A DNA stretch of 64,000 nucleotides from Bugula neritina (GCA_964035545.1 OZ037766.1:3586722-3650721); one strand, 5' to 3'. Positions 12,901-25,331 are shown, counted from the first letter of the stretch. The notes: generated by a model not told the origin, from the letters alone. A program made the numbers and translations.

Positions 12901-14889
12901 TAAAGGATAGACAAAGAGTAAATAGAGAGTAGATAAAAGGTAGATAAAGGATACATAAAGTATAAACAATAAAGTTATATTTAAATCGGTCATATTTTAC
13001 CCTGTGGAGACTGTATTGACCTTGAGAAGCAGATACAGCTGTCATGTTAGGTATAGTACTTCTGGGGTACAGATATCACAGTGATAGCGTGGTAATGTGA
13101 TGAAGGTGTTGATGGTTTGATTGCTTTTTAAGGTTTCTACCTTAACTTTTGTTTATTCTTCTTAATAAACTTGGTATAACTGCTGACTGCAGAGTTATTT
13201 TATTAGACTAAGCAACCTTCATTCATCCTAACAACTGAAACTAATTCTAATATTCGCCACTTATGCTTTTATTTTGCATACAATATTTTGCTAAAGCCCT
13301 AGCTTGCTATCCTTGTAAACTAGAGTAAAGTATTAAATAGTACTAAAAAGCTCTAAATAGTCTAAGTGTATTTAAAACTTGTAGGACCAAGTAGCACTTG
13401 ATGAAAGTTAAATTGTTTGTAATTAGGCTTGCTGCTAAATTATCTTTTAAACAGCAAACAGATAAAATTCGTGAGTAATAAATAATTACACACTGACAGT
13501 ATTCTTGGTGTGTTAACTAAAATATTTCCAATGATTATATACTGTAGAAATTAAAAAGGTATTGGCAAAATATGTAGTAACGTTATAGTAATAGTAGCAG
13601 TAGTAGTAGTAGCTGTGGCCATGGCCTAAATATATTTGTGTACCTTAGAAGGACTTTTGACTAACAGTTTTTTAAGTACTCAAAAATAACTTTCAGCTTT
13701 GTTATAAAATTTAAATTTGTAAATTGAATTAAATCTAAATAAATGAAAAATATAGTAGAAAAATGCATGTGCTTTTATATTATATAGAGTGCTCCACAAA
13801 CTAGCCTTAATTATAAAAGCAAAATTAGCAAAGTCTAAATTGGTAATGTACCTTTATTTGCTATACCACCTTTACAAACCATACTTTAAGCAAGCTTTAA
13901 AGATATTGACCTAAAGTTGACAAGGCAAATACTAATGATTAACGAGAGGTCTCTACAAACCCACTGTAATAGTAGACTAGTTAACAAGGTAGGTACACAG
14001 GCTATAGGAAACAGCTTTTACCTACCTCACTGGTGATGGTACTTTTGAATATAGACTGATCATATATAAAGTGTTCACACTCAGTGGATGCCGAGGAGTT
14101 ATCTCCCACAAAGCATGTGTTGTTGAAAACACCATCACTGTCTGGCGTTAGATAGGTGTTATTTGCATTCTCTTCCGCACACCTGAGTAACAAACTTGAA
14201 CATATAATATCATACAATTCTAAGTATTAAATACCTTAACAACTTATAGCTGAAATACCGTATGGAATGCACAAGAAATTAAAATCTAAGGTGTGTTCTT
14301 CCAAGTTAAATTATGTGAACCATAAATTATATAATTATTAGTATTGTTTCAAGTGTCGTAGTCAAGTGCCGCGTAGCAATTGCTACAATCATTGTGTTGA
14401 TATATAATGTGTGTGTTGTATGTGTACTCGCAGTTATCAAAGGTTTTCAACTTTTTAAAAGCAAGTAAAAAACAAAGGAAAAGCATTTGTTTCAACATCT
14501 ACTCAAATTGGTACAGCTTTTATAATAAAAATTATCAAAAAAAATTTATAATTGAATAAACAAAGCTGAGATGAAATAAATTTAATGCTAGAAATAATTT
14601 GATTATTTCTGTATACTTTTGCAATTAATACTAATACTAATACATTACACTATTAGACTAACATTGAACAACCACTTTTTAAAGGTATTGTTTAGTGTGT
14701 TGTAAGGTGAAGCTGCCTATATGTTTACCTGTAGCTGACGTCAGCTTGTATAAAGGCGAGTCCAACAGTCTGGAAGGCAGAGATTATGCCAATAGTAAAG
14801 GTACAGACGAAGGTGAAAATCTGGTACTTTCCTGGAACTCCGACCTTTGCAAGAATAGTGTTGATTGCATCTTCTTCCTTCTCGGACAT
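6980..14889 (-). CDS. SLC22-family (MFS) organic cation transporter-like protein, 9 exons, ~552 aa
   Basis: Exons 14889-14729, 14182-14026, 10810-10707, 10076-9922, 9284-9113, 8633-8316, 8129-7909, 7524-7343, 7168-6980; all GT-AG and in frame (1659 nt). Starts MSEKEEDAINTILAKVGVPGKYQ. Motifs STITSEFDLVC, GWLSDKIGRKP, RDWKHLQ, DESPHWL, ELFPTSAR, LPETSNRPLP. Confidence 0.93.
7629..7716 (+). mobile_element. short tRNA(Gln-like)-derived element, diverged copy in SLC22 intron 7
   Basis: GCCTCAGTGGTGTAATGGTTAGCAC...GGTTTAAATCCCGGTGGGGAC is homologous to the copies at 26491-26592 and 50400-50501. Confidence 0.7.
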
Positions 14890-16536
14890 TTTGTAAGCTT
14901 GAAAAAAAGCCTTTCTCTAATGTTTTTCAATACTTGGAGTGTTTTAGCTGGATTCTACTACATACATAGTAGGCAAAGTGACTGTCAAGACTTTAATACT
15001 AGTTTGTAGTACGATATAAATAGTCAGTGCGTCATATTACGTAGATGACTTCTAAGAGATATGCTCTATTGGCTAGTCACGTGGTGCAATGATGCTTGTG
15101 TCAAGATTAGTAACACACATCTGGAATGTTTAATGAGTTTAAGAAAGAGAAATGCCCATTTATCAATAGAAGAGATTGAAAACATCAACTTAGGACTGAA
15201 GTTAAGCAGACACTGAGATAGATTTATAGTATCTTTATGAAACGTTGTTTTTCAGTCATAATAGGAGAGGCTTTGCCTGTTTGTAGAAACAGATCTTCCT
15301 CCTATTTCTTTTTAGTGAACTACAAAAATATAACTAACTTTGCATTTAGCCTAGTAGCTACATAGAACATAACTAAACTCATAGTATTAGCTAAACAGCT
15401 AGTTGTTAATGACAGAACTTAAATGAATCTATAAAAAAAGTCTTTCCTTATAGAATGAGACCACTAAAGGCTTTTGGGAAGACAATTCTTCAACAATTAC
15501 AAAATTTTAACAAACTAAAGGGACACAGCTATGTTTGCACAAATAAAAGCAGCTTTGATTATGAATCTCAAAAATGCTGTTTAATTGGTTGACAAAGCAT
15601 AACTAATTCTATATAATAGATGGATATGTGGATATTGATGCTATGTGGGGCTGCAAGCACAAAATAATTTATTAAACTCAATGTCAACCAAACTTACACT
15701 AACTTCATAAATAAAATTTAAAACCTACCACTGTTGTTAGAGATATTATGGTTAGGCTTGATTAATTGTATTTGTCATGAAAATAGAATTTGCTTTATTA
15801 ATAATGATTGGCATTATTTCAAACTGTGGCATGCAAAACAAGAACAGCTCTTCCTACCATCTCAACAGTATATATTACACTTGAAAAGAAGCATGCTTGC
15901 ACTAAGATGAGCTTGCAGACCAATTAGAGTAGATGTAACAGAATATTGGCAAATCAGGAGTCTTCTAAAAATTTGACATATATATATATATTATGGTCCC
16001 CCATATTCTATACATGCTATATATAGTATATATATCATACTTCAATTTGATGGTAATATAGGTTTTTATGGTGAATGAAATTCTTGTAGAACTTATAAGG
16101 GTTTTCGTTTTAATTTTATAGTTAGATTAAAAAAATTCATGCGTATTTTGTTATTATAATCACTATAATTTAATAAAATCTTTAATAAAGTCTGTATTAA
16201 TGAAAGCCAATTCTACACAGTTTTGCGCTCTAACATACCACATAGCTCAATTTTAGCTGCTTAATTAACACTTGTAGATATTTTTTAACTTTTTGTGCAT
16301 TTGTATGCTATTAGATTTATAATTATGATTTCTGACTAATTTTATTTTATTGTGCAAAACTGGAGCCATACAGCCCATCGCAATTAGCAGCATTATTTAT
16401 TAAAAATTACAAAAATAAAAAAGCACAGCTAAGCAATGATGAAATGTTATGTAATGTATATTAAAGCAATTTTTAAGTTCTTTGTCTGCTATTCATAAGA
16501 GTGTTGTTGGTAGAGTTGATCCATTCATTTCCAAGC

Positions 16537-18015
16537 TCAAATTCTGTAAAGTAAATTTATTATGTTTTATCGGATATGAGGAAAATTTAGTCAGCAATTA
16601 AGAATTAAAGTGGCAATGCTCTGTGTTGGAGTATTTGAGATTAAGATTAAACAATTTGAATTAATATACTATTAAGTTGTAATACTTTGATGTGTTATAG
16701 TATAAATTATTACCAGTAATAATATATAGCTGAGAACTTTTAAATAGGTGTTATTTATTGCAACATTACAACTGAAAATGATTACAAATATTTTGATAAT
16801 TAATTATCATTGAATTTAATTTAAAGTTTAAATCAAACTAAAACTTTATATATACTTACCGAACTCCGTAAATGCAGTTACTTGAACCATGTATCTGGCA
16901 GCAAAGCTGATTGGTTGTGTTGCAGTCATGGGAATTGTATAAACATGGCCTTCCGATTGGCCCAAAATATTCATTTAATCTTGGGCATCTCCTTTGTGAC
17001 AGAGGTGGTGGAGGATCTGTAATTTATCAAAGTGATTAGCCAAACCATGTTCACCATCTAACTTAAAAGGACAAAAGATTTCTTAAAGTAAAAATAAAGT
17101 TGTGCCACAATCTGTTACTTATATTTCAAGAATAAAAAATATTCTTACTAAAAATTGAAAATTAATAAAAATACTATTGAAATTTTTATCTGACCATAGA
17201 ATAGATATTATTTTGTAATAGTCTGAAAACATAATTGTATTTAGTTCATTTTAGTAAAGCTGATTCCTTAACTAAAATTTAGTTAGCCCAATTTTTATGA
17301 AATATAATTTTTGTATAAAATGCCAAACTCAATGCTCCATTAAAACTAGAAAGCAAAACACTTTACTAAGTAACATAACCAAAGCTGTCTATTAACAACT
17401 GAATAACTAGCAAAGAATCTGATACTATTGGTGTGTGACTTACTGCAGGTGGATGTAGGACAACCCCTTCTAGTTCTGTATCCGAATTGACAGAAAACAT
17501 TGCTGTCAAATGGAGGGCATCCAGCTAAATTAACAAAATTACTTTCTGAATATATATAAATGGAATTTATTTTAAAACAATATTTTTCCTATAAAATGTC
17601 TATGTTATACATATAAACTAATACGATATTATACAGTTCATGAAAGTGTTAACAATAAATAAATGTTTTATTTAATATTCGAGAAATATTATGACAATTA
17701 GAACATTGCTACATAAAACCCCTTTGCAGTAGTATTACTCACCACATTGGCATGATGTAACACAACCACAGGCGTCGGTAATATAACCGTTTGGACAGTC
17801 ATAAGGAGTAGCATCAGGAGGGAGTAACCCACAGTCAGCGATGCTGCAGGATCGACAGGTGGTTGAAGCCTCGGCTGAAACATCAACACATAACACTGAA
17901 TTTATGCTACACAACAAATAAAGCAAAATTACAGGAAAGCTAGAAAATGGTTGTACTTACTGTATGTGAAAGTCAGTCCACACAAGACTAGAACAGTGAA
18001 TACTAAAGACTTCAT
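16537..18015 (-). CDS. secreted Cys-rich protein, gene A (signal peptide + 8-Cys IGFBP/antistasin-like + 4-Cys antistasin-like + 6-Cys WAP-like), ~143 aa
   Basis: Exons 18015-17961, 17874-17743, 17524-17444, 17016-16860, 16543-16537. Translation MKSLVFTVLVLCGLTFTY/TEASTTCRSCSIADCGLLPPDATPYDCPNGYITDACGCVTSCQC/AGCPPFDSNVFCQFGYRTRRGCPTSTC/NPPPPLSQRRCPRLNEYFGPIGRPCLYNSHDCNTTNQLCCQIHGSSNCIYGVR/I*. AATAAA (-) near 16396-16401. Confidence 0.88.
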
Positions 18016-18068
18016 CTTTGCAGTTTAGTAGCTTTTAGTGAACTGAGGTGAGTTAGGAAACAGTGAGG

Positions 18069-18076
18069 TTTATATA
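18069..18076 (-). promoter_or_regulatory. TATA box of gene A
   Basis: TATATAAA on - about 55 nt upstream of the ATG; identical in paralog B (34068-34075). Confidence 0.65.
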
Positions 18077-18822
18077 CAAGTTGGACGTCATGCTCCACAT
18101 ATTCAGGATATATGGTGAGATTCCACATGTGCTAATTATTTACTATACCTTTTCCTCATCACTTACTTAATGACTAAAATAACTAAACGAGTTTCCTTTT
18201 ATTTACTGCATGTGACGGAACTTGGCACTTTGAAATATTCTTTACCAAACAAATTATATTGCATAAATTAATTTTACAAGCATGCAGCTGCTAAAATATT
18301 TTTTAAACTGTTGCAACAAAAACAACTATAATACAATATTGTTGTGAAATCATTCATTTTGTAGGTTACCAAGTTAAAGATGATGCAATCTAAGACGTTG
18401 CCAGAATTCAGATGTTTCTAAGACAGATCAATAGCTGCACAGTATCAGTTGATATAGGAGTTCTAACTTTTTGCTTATCTAATCTCAGTTTGATAAGCAA
18501 TCTCGTATATTATATCATGAAATAATATAACAAACCTCACATATACTGCACTTGCTAATATTTTTGCAAATGTTGCAGAGATGAACAAATAACTGCAAAC
18601 AATTACAATAAATAAACTGTGAGAATATAGAAACTACTTTTATATTCTCACAAACGTGTGCTTAGTTTAATCTAAAAATCTTTTTTTCAATTGCCTTTTA
18701 CTTATTGGTGTCATGCCACTAAATCAGACTGCATTATTTGCTGTTACTGCAGTATATATACCTTTTTTAGTGCCAAATTATCTGCCTGTTACAATAACTA
18801 TAACGCCCCTATATGTAATACT

Positions 18823-18867
18823 TGGTGACTTTTCAAGTGTCATAATATGACACTTGAAAAGTCACCA
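18823..18867. repeat. perfect palindrome, 22-bp arms, 1-nt spacer
   Basis: TGGTGACTTTTCAAGTGTCATA-A-TATGACACTTGAAAAGTCACCA. Confidence 0.95.
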
Positions 18868-19273
18868 TCATTATAGTAAAGTTAATACTGTGTCAGCAAT
18901 GCCTACTCTTTTTTTGCACACGAAAATGCAGGCAAGCTTTAAACTTTTTGAAAAAGTTCACACAATTTGCTATTAATAAAACGTATTTAATTTTTTTTTA
19001 AAAGCTGCATGGCAGTGATTGTATAAAAAAGCCCTTGGAAATCAAAACAACCGTATTGTCTGGTTCACAAATATTGCTTTTACTCATATCTGTTTAATGA
19101 TTTGATATAACTGTCAATGTTGTTCTAATGCTTTTTGATCAAAACTTTCTTGTGGCAGCACAAGTCTATATAGGTCCTGCTTTCTATGAATGCAGTATGG
19201 TCATTCTTATTATTCCTTCATGATACAAAATAATATATTTATATAGCATGTCATTTTACTAACAGGTTATATA

Positions 19274-19364
19274 TAATACCTACACAGCTATTTACACAGC
19301 ATATATGTTACAATATAACTTATATTGTAACATATATGCTGTGTAAATAGCTGTGTAGGTATTA
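19274..19364. repeat. perfect palindrome, 45-bp arms, 1-nt spacer
   Basis: TAATACCTACACAGCTATTTACACAGCATATATGTTACAATATAA-C-TTATATTGTAACATATATGCTGTGTAAATAGCTGTGTAGGTATTA. Confidence 0.95.
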
Positions 19365-21425
19365 GTAGCAACGATATACTTTATATCTGTGTACACGCAC
19401 AGGCATAAGTAAGGTAACCTGCGCACAGTGCCCCTAAAAATGAAGCATCTTTCAATACAATTATATTGCAATGCTTAACAGGCAAGACCACCAGGTCAAA
19501 ATTTTTGTTGAAAACCGATGGCTTTTAATAAACATAACAATTTGCATTTTAATGCATAAATGAGTTATTTTATTAGAGCATCGAGCTTGCTTAAAATATA
19601 TAATCTTTTAAGCATCAAATTGTTAAGCAATAAAGAACTGTATAAAGTTTTATTGCTATTTTAAGCAAAAGGAATGATTGGTTGTTGGGCATATAAACTT
19701 TAAGTAGAAGAAACAGAGATATGCGATTGCTGGTTATTGTATCTAAAACAAAACTAAACGAGGTTTATAGATTGCAAATGGAGAAATTGCGATTATTTAT
19801 TAGTTCCTTAAAGGTTTTAAAACGGTCATTTAAAGTTAGGTAATTCTATAAAATTTAGACTTAATTTAATTAAAAAAGGTGAATAGCAACACCAAGTTTA
19901 TTTTTGCGTTTCAATGTAATAACCTGCCTTTAGAGCTGTACACTGAAATGGAGAACATAACAGCCTGATTTACTGGCTAACTAAGGCCCATTTAGATTTT
20001 AATCAATACAAATAAAATATCATAAAAATAATAATAAGCCAACCATTTGTCAATTTTAATTATCTTTAGATATGACTAAATTGTATGTTATTTAGCATTA
20101 CAGAGCTGAATTGCATGCAAGGCTATATTAGAATCACATGCAAATTATTGTTGTGCTCTAGTCAAGCCTTACTGATATCATCTCTCATTTCCTCGCATCT
20201 CCAGGCACTAATGCCTTACGTGGTTACCAGATAATTGGACCTATGTTTGGTGACTTGAGATTTAATGCACTTCTTTTTTTGATACATTATAGGTTTTGAT
20301 CTTAATTTTGGACAGCGAAATTTGAAATCCTAATTGCTTTATTTTGGTTATAGTATTATAAAATCCTTAAAGGAAATGTTCCTGTTCACTTGCTTTGTTA
20401 CAATCGTGTCTTATAGCTGTAACGAATTCCCTACTTGTAACAACCATGTTTTATATAATTGATATTAAATGTATACCTCAGCAACTTTATTATATAATTA
20501 CTCAAATTAAATTAAATTTTCTTTCAGTTCCTTACCAAACTGCGCATTAAAATTAGTTCTTTTGAAAACCAATATCTTTTTGCTGTATATTTAAATCACT
20601 TCATTTTTTGTATATAGTAAAATATGTTTTTTCATGATTATAGTATACTGTTAAAAAGGGTTACATTTAGATTTGTCTAAAATCTAAGAAAACATTATTT
20701 ATAACTTATAGTTTTTACTATAATTTCTTTTTCTATTCTTATAAACAGAGTTAGCTGTTATATTTTTTAAAATATGAGGTGTTTTAAGTAGCCTAGTAGT
20801 TAGGTTTTATGCTAAATAACATTTTTCAAATTTTCATCAACAGATTTTAAATACATATCTCCTCTATGTTTAAAGGCTTCTTATAACAGAAACTGTTTGA
20901 AAGGTTATATACTGAGCTATAATGCCTGAAATAGGATGACTATTCTTTTGTATAATTTGTTATAAAGTTAAAATTTATCAAATGTAACATAAACTCTGAA
21001 ATTCATTTTAATCTCATGTGTACCTACCTAACTAAATTTATAGACAGTAAAAGTAAAAAATATATTGGAATTTTTGTAGCCTATAATGTGTAACAAAGAA
21101 GCTAGGTAAAATAATTGGGAAATTGAGAATATCTTGTGTTATATAAATAGGAAATCAACAAGTTCTTCCACCTTAAACTTTACTGTCTTTAAAAATCAAC
21201 ATCTGCTTTTATGAAAGCTTCCTCAAAAAGAAAGAATAAAAAAGCAAAGACATTCTTAAATGTATAATGACCTGATTACTTGTTGTTACATATGCAACGG
21301 ACTACTGGGCTAGGTTTAACACTTTTGTAGCTGCACACACTTTTCCAGAAGACTGCAACCCAAAGATCTTCCTAACCTCTCAGTCAGCTGCAACATATAA
21401 GATTCTAGAAAACTTATCAGCTCAG

Positions 21426-24400
21426 ATGACACCACCAAAAGACATCAATGAACTTACAATAGCAGAAATAACAGAATTCATGAAAGACCAGTTCGACCCA
21501 AAGAAGTTCATCATAAGAGAGCGATTCAAATTTTGGAGTGAAATGCGACGTAAACCAAGCGAGACTGTTCAGGAATTAGCTGCACGGGTTCGTCAGGACG
21601 CCACAACTTGTGATTTTGCTTCCATCACCAATCCACTAGATGAAGCTATGCGGACAAAATTCATTTGTTCTGTTAGCAATGAAGCAGTTCTAAAAGCGTT
21701 ATTCAAAATTAAAGATGATGAATTGACCTTCACCAGAGCTGTGAAAATTGCAATTGAAACTGAAGATGCAGCAAAAGTAGCCAAGGAAACTGCGCATGAA
21801 GTTAAGGCTACAGGTGTCAACAAAGTTCAGACTGACAAAAGATCAACAAACAATGCTAGCAGCGTTTCTTCAACAAAGAAAGAAGAGACTCAACAAAAAA
21901 CCAGCCGTTACAGATGTGGAAAAAGACATTCACCAAGTGTTTGCAATTATAAAAATGCTCAATGCAATTTTTGCAAAAAACTAGGTCACATAGAATCAGC
22001 ATGCCGACTTAAGAAGAAATCAACATCAACATCACAACCTGTCAAAGTTATCACTTCTACAGTAAAAAGGATTAAATCTCTATCACAGTTACAACAGAAG
22101 TTACAGATAGAGGGTATGGAATTCACTATGGAATTGGATACCGGAGCATGTGAAAACTTCATCACTGCCGACATTTGGGAGAAACTTGATCGACCGAATT
22201 TGGAGCCAACAGAAGCACAGTACGAGTCAGCATCTAAACATCCTATTAATGTAATGGGACAATTCCAACGAGTTGCCAACATTCCTGATAAAGCCAGTGG
22301 ACAGATGTTGAACTTCGTAGTCACAAAAATACCACAACTAAATCTTCTAGGACGTGACGCTATACAAAGGCTACAGATATCTATAGACGACAAGATGAAG
22401 ATTCCATGTACATCATCACCTACAAGTAATCCAGTGAACACAGTTTTCCAAGATCTTAAACCTGACTACTCATTACAGAAAGCTTGCGAACTAGTTTGTC
22501 AAGAATTTCCAGATCTTTTCAAACCAGAACTAGGTTGTCTCAAAGATTTTGAGTTGGAGATTGAATTCAAACCTGACTCGAAACCAGTATTCTGCAAAGC
22601 CAGACCAGTTTCGTTCGCTATGCAAGACGATCTTGTCCAAAAATATGAAGCAGGAATAAGAAGAGGAGTCTGGAAACCTGTTCAGTTCAACAACTATGGC
22701 ACACCAGTAGTACCAATCAGGAAAGCCGCACTCCCAGATCAACAGAAAAGAAAGCTCAGAGTGTGCGGAGATTACTCGGTGTCCATCAACAGCCAACTTG
22801 AAACTCATCGTCAACCAATGCTCTTACCAGGAGACTTGATGCAGAAGCTCAGAGGAGGATATGGATTCACCAAAGTAGACTTGGCGGATGCCTACAACCA
22901 GATTCTGTTAGCTCCTGAAAGTCAAAGAAGACTGGCTCTGAACACCCATCGAGGAGTATTTCTTCAGATGAGACTTCCTTTTGGCATTAGTTCGGCACCA
23001 GGGTACTTTCAAGAAATCATGGAGAAACTCACTAGCGACCTAGAAAGTGTGGCAGTGTATCTAGATAATATCCTGGTCAGCGGATCAACAGCAGAGGAAC
23101 ACTTAAACAACCTCAGAAGACTTCTACAACGCCTAGATGAGAAAGGACTAAGATGTCGTAGAGAGAAGTGTGAATTTGCAAAGCCAGCAATCCACTACCT
23201 AGGACATCTCCTCTCTAACCATGGCATAGCTAAAGGAGAGAAGGCAGACGCTGTTAAAACTATGCCGGTACCAACAGATGTATCATCACTCAAGTCATTT
23301 CTTGGATCGGTAGTATTCTACAGCAAATTCTTACCAAATTTATCTACAGTTACAGAGCCGCTACACCATCTGACTAAAAAGAACGCTGTTTGGAAGTGGG
23401 GATCTGAAGAAGAGTCAAGCTTTCAGAAACTTAAAGAGATGTTATGCTCGAACACAGTACTAGCTCATTTTGACCCTACCTTGGAAGTCGGGATTTCCTG
23501 TGATGCCTCATCAGTGGGAATAGGAGCTGTTCTTTTTCATCGATACCCAGATGGATCGGAAAGACCAATCTTCAACGTTTCAAAAACACTAACTGGAACT
23601 CAGAAGAAATACGGACAGAAACAGAAAGAGGCGCTAGCTATAGTGTTCGCACTAAAGAAGTTTCATCAATACCTCTACGGCCGGCGGTTTATCTTGGTTA
23701 CCGATCACCGACCATTATTGGCACTATTTGGACCTACAAGGGAGACGCCAGCTTTAGCAGCCAACAGACTAGCAAGATGGGCACTGCAACTGAGTCAATA
23801 CGATTATAGTATTGAGTATTGCACGACCAGCAAACATGGCAATGCAGATGAACTTAGTTGTCTGCCAGTTGGCCCAGACTTCAAGTTTGATGAGGAGGAA
23901 GATGGCGATGATATGGACACGATATGCACGATACGACTGATTTCTCAACAATTGAAGCCAACAGATCCAGGAGTACTTCTAAAAGAAACCTTGAAAGACC
24001 CCGTTCTGTCTACAGTAATTCGCTATACAAGAGAAGGATGGCCTAAAAAACTAGAAGAGACAAACACAGAAGATGAGGACCAAGCTCATAGTGCAGCTTA
24101 CAACATACAGTGTTTCAAGAAGGTGTCTGGCTCACTCTCTATCTCAGATGGATGCTTGCTGTACGGTTCAAGAGTTGTAATACCGCTTACCCTTCAGCCA
24201 CAAGTTCTGCAGATTCTTCATCTAGGACACTTTGGCATGCAGCGGATGACACAACTCGCACGTTCTGCTGTTTACTGGCCAAGAATAGACGCAGACATCA
24301 TGGATGCTTGTAAACAGTGCAGCTCTTGCGCTGAGCACCAGAATCAACCAGCCAAAGCTCCTCCGCATCCTTGGATGATTCCAGAAAAGCCATGGAGTCG

Positions 24401-25307
24401 TATTCACATCGACCATGCAATCAACTTTCTGGGAAGCAACTGGCTAGTAATTGTGGATGCATACTCAAAGTATCCCTGCATACATCCAACTACATCAACA
24501 TCTTTGAAGAGAACTACAGAGCTTCTAGAACAAGACTTTGCACACTTTGGATATCCACACACAATTGTATCCGACAATGCAAGCACATTCAAGTCTGAAG
24601 AGTTTCAAAGCTGGTGCCGGGATCGTGGAATAGTTCATCTATCTGGAGCCCCTTATCACCCTGCCACAAATAGAGCAGCTGAAAGACTAGTGCAATCATT
24701 TAAACAGGCTCTACGAAAATCTAATTTACCACCAAATCTAGCTTTGACTGAATTCCTGATGCACTATCGACGCACACCCTTGATAGGAGGATACTCGCCC
24801 AGTGAACTGCTGAATGGGAGACAGATTCGTTGCAAAATTGATGTTCTGCTACCATCACCAGCACACAAAGCCCAAGGACGACAATCAAAAGAAGTGGAAA
24901 AGTCTACAGACCAGAAATCCACTGTATCCAAAGTTCACACCTATACAGTTGGAAGTCCTTGCTACGCACTCTATTGTGGACCCCGAAGAGACAGAGAACC
25001 ACGATGGGTCCCTGCCATTGTCACAAAAGTATTGGGACCAAGAAGTATAAATGTCAAAGTCACACCAAGAGGACCAATATGGAGACGTCATATTGAACAA
25101 CTATTACCTTGCTACGGAGTTAAGGAAGATTCTGAACCAGCAGACGATGTGAAATCTGAAGTTCAAATGGCTGATGTTTCAAATGACGATAGTACTGCTA
25201 ACCAAACACCTCAACCATGGAGAAATCCCAGACTACCCACAGGCGGAGAGTATGGACCTGAAAATCTTAGAAGGTCAAAGAGATTGGCAGCTCACCAAAA
25301 TACATAG
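21426..25307 (+). CDS. Gag-Pol polyprotein (Gag Zn knuckle, protease, RT, RNase H, integrase), N-terminally truncated; RT motif is YLDN
   Basis: CNFCKKLGHIESAC, LDTGA, LRVCGDY, RLPFGISSAPGYFQ, YLDN, CDASSVGIGAVL, TDHRPL, HLGH..CSSC, IHID/SDN/AER. Domain order PR-RT-RH-IN is Gypsy type. The frame is open upstream to ~21300 (DYWARFNTF). Confidence 0.93.
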   Translation: MTPPKDINELTIAEITEFMKDQFDPKKFIIRERFKFWSEMRRKPSETVQELAARVRQDATTCDFASITNPLDEAMRTKFICSVSNEAVLKALFKIKDDELTFTRAVKIAIETEDAAKVAKETAHEVKATGVNKVQTDKRSTNNASSVSSTKKEETQQKTSRYRCGKRHSPSVCNYKNAQCNFCKKLGHIESACRLKKKSTSTSQPVKVITSTVKRIKSLSQLQQKLQIEGMEFTMELDTGACENFITADIWEKLDRPNLEPTEAQYESASKHPINVMGQFQRVANIPDKASGQMLNFVVTKIPQLNLLGRDAIQRLQISIDDKMKIPCTSSPTSNPVNTVFQDLKPDYSLQKACELVCQEFPDLFKPELGCLKDFELEIEFKPDSKPVFCKARPVSFAMQDDLVQKYEAGIRRGVWKPVQFNNYGTPVVPIRKAALPDQQKRKLRVCGDYSVSINSQLETHRQPMLLPGDLMQKLRGGYGFTKVDLADAYNQILLAPESQRRLALNTHRGVFLQMRLPFGISSAPGYFQEIMEKLTSDLESVAVYLDNILVSGSTAEEHLNNLRRLLQRLDEKGLRCRREKCEFAKPAIHYLGHLLSNHGIAKGEKADAVKTMPVPTDVSSLKSFLGSVVFYSKFLPNLSTVTEPLHHLTKKNAVWKWGSEEESSFQKLKEMLCSNTVLAHFDPTLEVGISCDASSVGIGAVLFHRYPDGSERPIFNVSKTLTGTQKKYGQKQKEALAIVFALKKFHQYLYGRRFILVTDHRPLLALFGPTRETPALAANRLARWALQLSQYDYSIEYCTTSKHGNADELSCLPVGPDFKFDEEEDGDDMDTICTIRLISQQLKPTDPGVLLKETLKDPVLSTVIRYTREGWPKKLEETNTEDEDQAHSAAYNIQCFKKVSGSLSISDGCLLYGSRVVIPLTLQPQVLQILHLGHFGMQRMTQLARSAVYWPRIDADIMDACKQCSSCAEHQNQPAKAPPHPWMIPEKPWSRIHIDHAINFLGSNWLVIVDAYSKYPCIHPTTSTSLKRTTELLEQDFAHFGYPHTIVSDNASTFKSEEFQSWCRDRGIVHLSGAPYHPATNRAAERLVQSFKQALRKSNLPPNLALTEFLMHYRRTPLIGGYSPSELLNGRQIRCKIDVLLPSPAHKAQGRQSKEVEKSTDQKSTVSKVHTYTVGSPCYALYCGPRRDREPRWVPAIVTKVLGPRSINVKVTPRGPIWRRHIEQLLPCYGVKEDSEPADDVKSEVQMADVSNDDSTANQTPQPWRNPRLPTGGEYGPENLRRSKRLAAHQNT

Positions 25308-25331
25308 ATGCATCAAAGGCTAGTGGGGAGA

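Noticed and set aside
14695-15009. 104-aa plus-strand ORF, and other antisense or overlapping ORFs within SLC22 exons, the LINE, Gypsy pol and the GPCR
   Set aside because: Shadow ORFs of real coding sequence in another frame or strand.
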